The notes under the pieces are model-generated. The model had not been told where the DNA came from and ran no database searches. It saw nothing but the letters and a program-made list of their open reading frames with translations. DNA of 64,000 bases from Eubacteriales bacterium (GTDB lineage Bacteria; Bacillota; Clostridia; Oscillospirales; CAG-272): assembly GCA_050309735.1 (NCBI GenBank), contig JBNRMS010000068.1, positions 24,405-88,404 of the forward strand. Reading direction: 5' to 3'. Made by a program: the position numbers and the translations under genes. Shown here one piece after another: positions 61,196 to 64,000 of the stretch; position 1 is the first letter of the stretch; every line of letters begins with the position of its first letter.

Positions 61196-61762
61196 ATGCT
61201 AAAAGAACTGGTGCTAAAAAACCGCAGTTACCGCTCGTTTGACCAGAGCCGGAAAATTACGCGTGAGGAGCTTCTTGGTTTTGTTGACCTCGCCCGGAAA
61301 ACACCTTCGACCCGCAATCGTCAGACATTGCGCTATCGGCTCGTCCACACACAAGCCGAGTGCGAAAAAGTGCTACCATTGACCGGCTGGGCGGGCAACC
61401 TTAAAATAAAGCTCCCGCCGAAGGGGCACGCGCCGACCGCATATATCATAATCTGCCACGACACGGCCGAGCCGCACGAGAAATTCCTACGCGATGTTGG
61501 AATCACAGCTCAAACCATAATGCTTGCCGCAGCAGAAGCAGGTCTTGGCGGCTGCATGATTGGCAGCTTCTCAGGTGATAAGCTCTCGGCGGCGCTCGCT
61601 ATCCCCGAGGAATACCGCCCGATGCTCGTGCTGGCGCTCGGGAAGCCCGACAAGGATGAGGTTATCGAACTTATCGAGGCTGTGGGGGGAGACGTAGCCT
61701 ATTATCGCGAGGACGGCGTCCATTATGTTCCCAAGCGGCCGCTTGACGATATTATCATTTGA
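61196..61762 (+). CDS. Nitroreductase family protein
   Basis: NRSYRSF, the TPSTRNRQ-type segment and GLGGCMIG. The ATG at 61196 lies 7 nt after AAGGAG; the track start at 61178 is GTG. Confidence 0.85.
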   Translation: MLKELVLKNRSYRSFDQSRKITREELLGFVDLARKTPSTRNRQTLRYRLVHTQAECEKVLPLTGWAGNLKIKLPPKGHAPTAYIIICHDTAEPHEKFLRDVGITAQTIMLAAAEAGLGGCMIGSFSGDKLSAALAIPEEYRPMLVLALGKPDKDEVIELIEAVGGDVAYYREDGVHYVPKRPLDDIII

Positions 61763-61764
61763 CA

Positions 61765-62685
61765 ATGGGAAAAAACGAAAAAAGCGAGCTGTCAGGTGTG
61801 CTGGTAGTCGACAAGAAAGCCGGAGTAACCTCTCATGATATAGTCAATAAAGTACGCCGCGTCTCGGGCACTCGCCGGGTCGGCCACACCGGAACACTCG
61901 ACCCGCTGGCAACCGGAGTTTTGGTTATACTTGTGGGAAGGGCGGCTAAAGCGTCTGAATATCTCTTATCCGACCGCAAAAGATATCTTGCCACCCTGAG
62001 ACTCGGCCTCACAACCGACACCGAGGATATAACCGGGGTTGTCCTAACCGAGCAAAAAAATCTCCCGCCCGCAGCAGACGTTATCGCCACCGCCGGGCGC
62101 TTCACCGGAAAGATAATGCAGACCCCGCCGATGTACAGCGCCCTGAAAGTAGGCGGCCGGAAACTTTATGATATAGCCCGCGCCGGCGGGAGCATTGAGC
62201 GAGAACCGAGGGCCGTCGAGATATTTAGCATGGTATGCACCCCCGACAACAAAAGCCGAGACTATCAGTTAGATCTTACCTGCTCAGCCGGCACATATGT
62301 CCGCACTCTTTGCGCCGATATCGGCGCCAGCCTCGGCTGCGGCGGGGTTATGGCCTCGCTCAGGAGGATTGAGGCAGGTGAATTTAATCTCGGGCAGGCT
62401 ATAACGACAGAGCAGCTCGAAAGCCTTAGCCGGGGCGAGCTTGAAGCGCTTCTTCTGCCTGTGGAGAAGCTTTTCTCAGGCCTCCCCAAGATTCTGCTGC
62501 CCGAGTTTTATGAGCGCCTTTGCCGCTCGGGATGCGAGATATATCAGTCTAAAATCAACACTTCACTTGCTCGCGGGCAGCGTGTCCGCCTATGCGGTGC
62601 CGATGGCAGATTTTTTGCCCTTGGCGAGGTTGGAGAATTCCCCGGGGGCAGTGCTCTCAAGGCGATAAAATTATTTGAAATATAA
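61765..62685 (+). CDS. truB: tRNA pseudouridine(55) synthase
   Basis: GVLVVDKKAGVTSHD, VGHTGTLDPLATGVL with the catalytic Asp, and QTPPMYSALKVGGRKLY. The start is ATG 61765 or the TTG at 61759, which overlaps the upstream stop. Confidence 0.93.
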   Translation: MGKNEKSELSGVLVVDKKAGVTSHDIVNKVRRVSGTRRVGHTGTLDPLATGVLVILVGRAAKASEYLLSDRKRYLATLRLGLTTDTEDITGVVLTEQKNLPPAADVIATAGRFTGKIMQTPPMYSALKVGGRKLYDIARAGGSIEREPRAVEIFSMVCTPDNKSRDYQLDLTCSAGTYVRTLCADIGASLGCGGVMASLRRIEAGEFNLGQAITTEQLESLSRGELEALLLPVEKLFSGLPKILLPEFYERLCRSGCEIYQSKINTSLARGQRVRLCGADGRFFALGEVGEFPGGSALKAIKLFEI

Positions 62686-62693
62686 AATTTGAG

Positions 62694-62740
62694 AAAACCC
62701 GCCAGCTCGGCCTTTGCGCCGTCTGACGGGTTTTTGTTTT
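62694..62740 (+). terminator. Candidate truB terminator
   Basis: AAACCCG...CGGGTTT stem with a 25-nt loop, followed by TTGTTTTC. Confidence 0.5.
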
Positions 62741-62816
62741 CAAGTATTGGTTTATTTACACAGTGGTCGAAACTCAAAATGTTATTGTAAAAGCTCTGCC
62801 GGCATATGAAATCACC

Positions 62817-64000
62817 TTATAGTATAATGCAGATAAGGCCGTTGCTTCCCTCGTTTATTATGCGCTCAAGCGTTTCTGAAAGTTTCTGGCGGGATTCCTC
62901 TGGCATATGTTCAAGTTTTGTGTGTAACCCCTCATTCACCAGAGCATATAGCGACTTGCCAAACATATTCGATTCCCAGATGCGCTCGGGGTCTTCCTCG
63001 AATTCATGCAGCATATATCTGACCAAATCCTCAGACTGCTGCTCGGTTCCCACAATCGGGCTGATTTCGGTTTCGATATTAGCTCTTATCATATGCACCG
63101 ACTGTGCCGAGGCGCGCAGACGCACTCCATACCCGCCCGCCTGCTTGACTATCTCGGGCTGCTCAAGGCGCAGATCCTCTATGTCAGGCATTACAATTCC
63201 ATATCCTTTTTCGTTGGCATTGCGAAGAGCTTCGGCAACCCTGTCATAATCAGACTTCATTTCCGAGAAGTCGCGAAGCAGGCGGATGAGATCCTCCTCG
63301 CCCGAGATATCAAAGCCGGTGAGCTCGCTTATTATGTCGTAGTAAAGTCCATCCTTGAGTTTAACATTTATCCGCGCCCGACCGTTACCGAGATTGATAT
63401 CGGTGAGTTCTGCCGCAGATACATACTCGTTATCGTTAAGCTCGCGGAATGCCTCGGCGATGTCGCCTGTTTTGCTCACCCTTGCGGCGCATTTTCTCAC
63501 GCTTTCAAGAAGCGATAAACGGATTCGGTGGCTGTCATCAAGCGCGGCTATCCAATCGGGAAGTTTAACCGAAATCTCGGCCACCGGAAACTCGTGCAGC
63601 ACAAGCTCAAGTATGTGTCTGATATCCTCGGCGTCAAGGTCAAGGCAGCTAACAAGCGCCACCGGAATCTTATATTTAGCCTCAAGCTCATATGCCAGAG
63701 CAATCGAGCTGTCCGAGGCGGGATTTGCCGAATTGAGAATCATGGCAAAGGGCTTGCCGATTTTTTTCAGCTCACGCACAACCCGCTCCTCGGCCTCAAC
63801 ATAGCTATCGCGCTTGATGTCTCCTATGCTGCCATCTGTGGTCACGAGCATTCCTATAGTGCTGTGCTCTCTTATTACCTTGTTTGTTCCGGTTTCGGCG
63901 GCCTCCACAAAGGGCATCGGTTCGGTCTGCCACGGGGTGCGAACCATCCTCGGCTGACCGTTTTCAATAGCTCCGAGCGCCTCGGGAACGATATAGCCGA
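62817..64000 (-). CDS. spoIVA: Stage IV sporulation protein A; its N-terminal part lies beyond the window edge
   Basis: RMVRTPWQTEPMPFVEAAETGTNKVIREHSTIGMLVTTDGSIGDIKRDSYVEAEERVVRELKKIGKPF is collinear with my recollection of Bacillus SpoIVA (…PRMINTPWYEEPIPFHEAAEIGTRKVIQEHSTIG…). The frame stays open from 63948 to 64000 (GYIVPEALGAIENGQPR). Confidence 0.93.
   Translation of the reverse strand, partial: GYIVPEALGAIENGQPRMVRTPWQTEPMPFVEAAETGTNKVIREHSTIGMLVTTDGSIGDIKRDSYVEAEERVVRELKKIGKPFAMILNSANPASDSSIALAYELEAKYKIPVALVSCLDLDAEDIRHILELVLHEFPVAEISVKLPDWIAALDDSHRIRLSLLESVRKCAARVSKTGDIAEAFRELNDNEYVSAAELTDINLGNGRARINVKLKDGLYYDIISELTGFDISGEEDLIRLLRDFSEMKSDYDRVAEALRNANEKGYGIVMPDIEDLRLEQPEIVKQAGGYGVRLRASAQSVHMIRANIETEISPIVGTEQQSEDLVRYMLHEFEEDPERIWESNMFGKSLYALVNEGLHTKLEHMPEESRQKLSETLERIINEGSNGLICIIL

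Overview
The window looks like core chromosome from a moderately GC-rich, endospore-forming Firmicute (Clostridia; gene content resembles Oscillospiraceae/Ruminococcaceae). I support about 59 protein genes and one tRNA.

Gene content:
- Sporulation: spoIIAA-spoIIAB-sigF, gpr-spoIIP, an M23 peptidase plus M50 site-2 protease pair (SpoIVFA/FB-like), and a partial spoIVA.
- Translation and tRNA modification: gltX, glnS, tsaE, tsaB, trmB, truB, ychF, and an ABC-F ATPase.
- Isoprenoid and pentose metabolism: ispD, ispF, rpiB, rpe.
- Other metabolism and envelope: fumC, glmM, a PgsA-like transferase.
- Transport: potABCD, a MarR-linked heterodimeric ABC exporter, two orphan substrate-binding lipoproteins, and tandem MgtC genes.
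- Signalling and membrane organisation: an ECF sigma/anti-sigma pair, a response regulator/histidine kinase/HtrA module, and NfeD-flotillin.

I found no transposase, integrase, CRISPR array, restriction system or recognisable defence operon, so I do not claim a new protein-encoded system.

The unexplained signal is mostly non-coding:
1. A repeat family in which each unit forms a stem-loop structure and ends in an extended -10 box. It occurs as tandem copies just upstream of two unrelated genes, at 21.3 kb and 60.3 kb on opposite strands. Compensatory base changes preserve its basal stem.
2. A second conserved element of about 60 nt, at 40.55 kb and 52.38 kb.
3. A strong minus-strand intrinsic terminator at 52.43 kb with no gene to terminate, which makes it an sRNA candidate.
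4. Several consensus promoters followed by long structured leaders: upstream of the DUF1836-nfeD-flotillin genes, the ABC-F gene, a Cof-type HAD gene and potABCD.
5. A tRNA-Pro(UGG) whose anticodon stem is broken by three consecutive mismatches, flanked by an orphan promoter with direct repeats and by a 120-bp imperfect palindrome.

The protein-level oddities are:
- A lone, independently transcribed phage tail-fibre/receptor-binding-like gene with HxH repeats, directly downstream of gpr-spoIIP.
- A DUF896-TsaE fusion.
- A histidine-kinase-like membrane protein that lacks the phospho-acceptor His.
- An E2-acyltransferase-like protein with DER in place of DHR.
- A PotD with both a lipobox and a C-terminal membrane anchor.

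All functional calls rest on motifs read by eye from the supplied translations. No database search was run.
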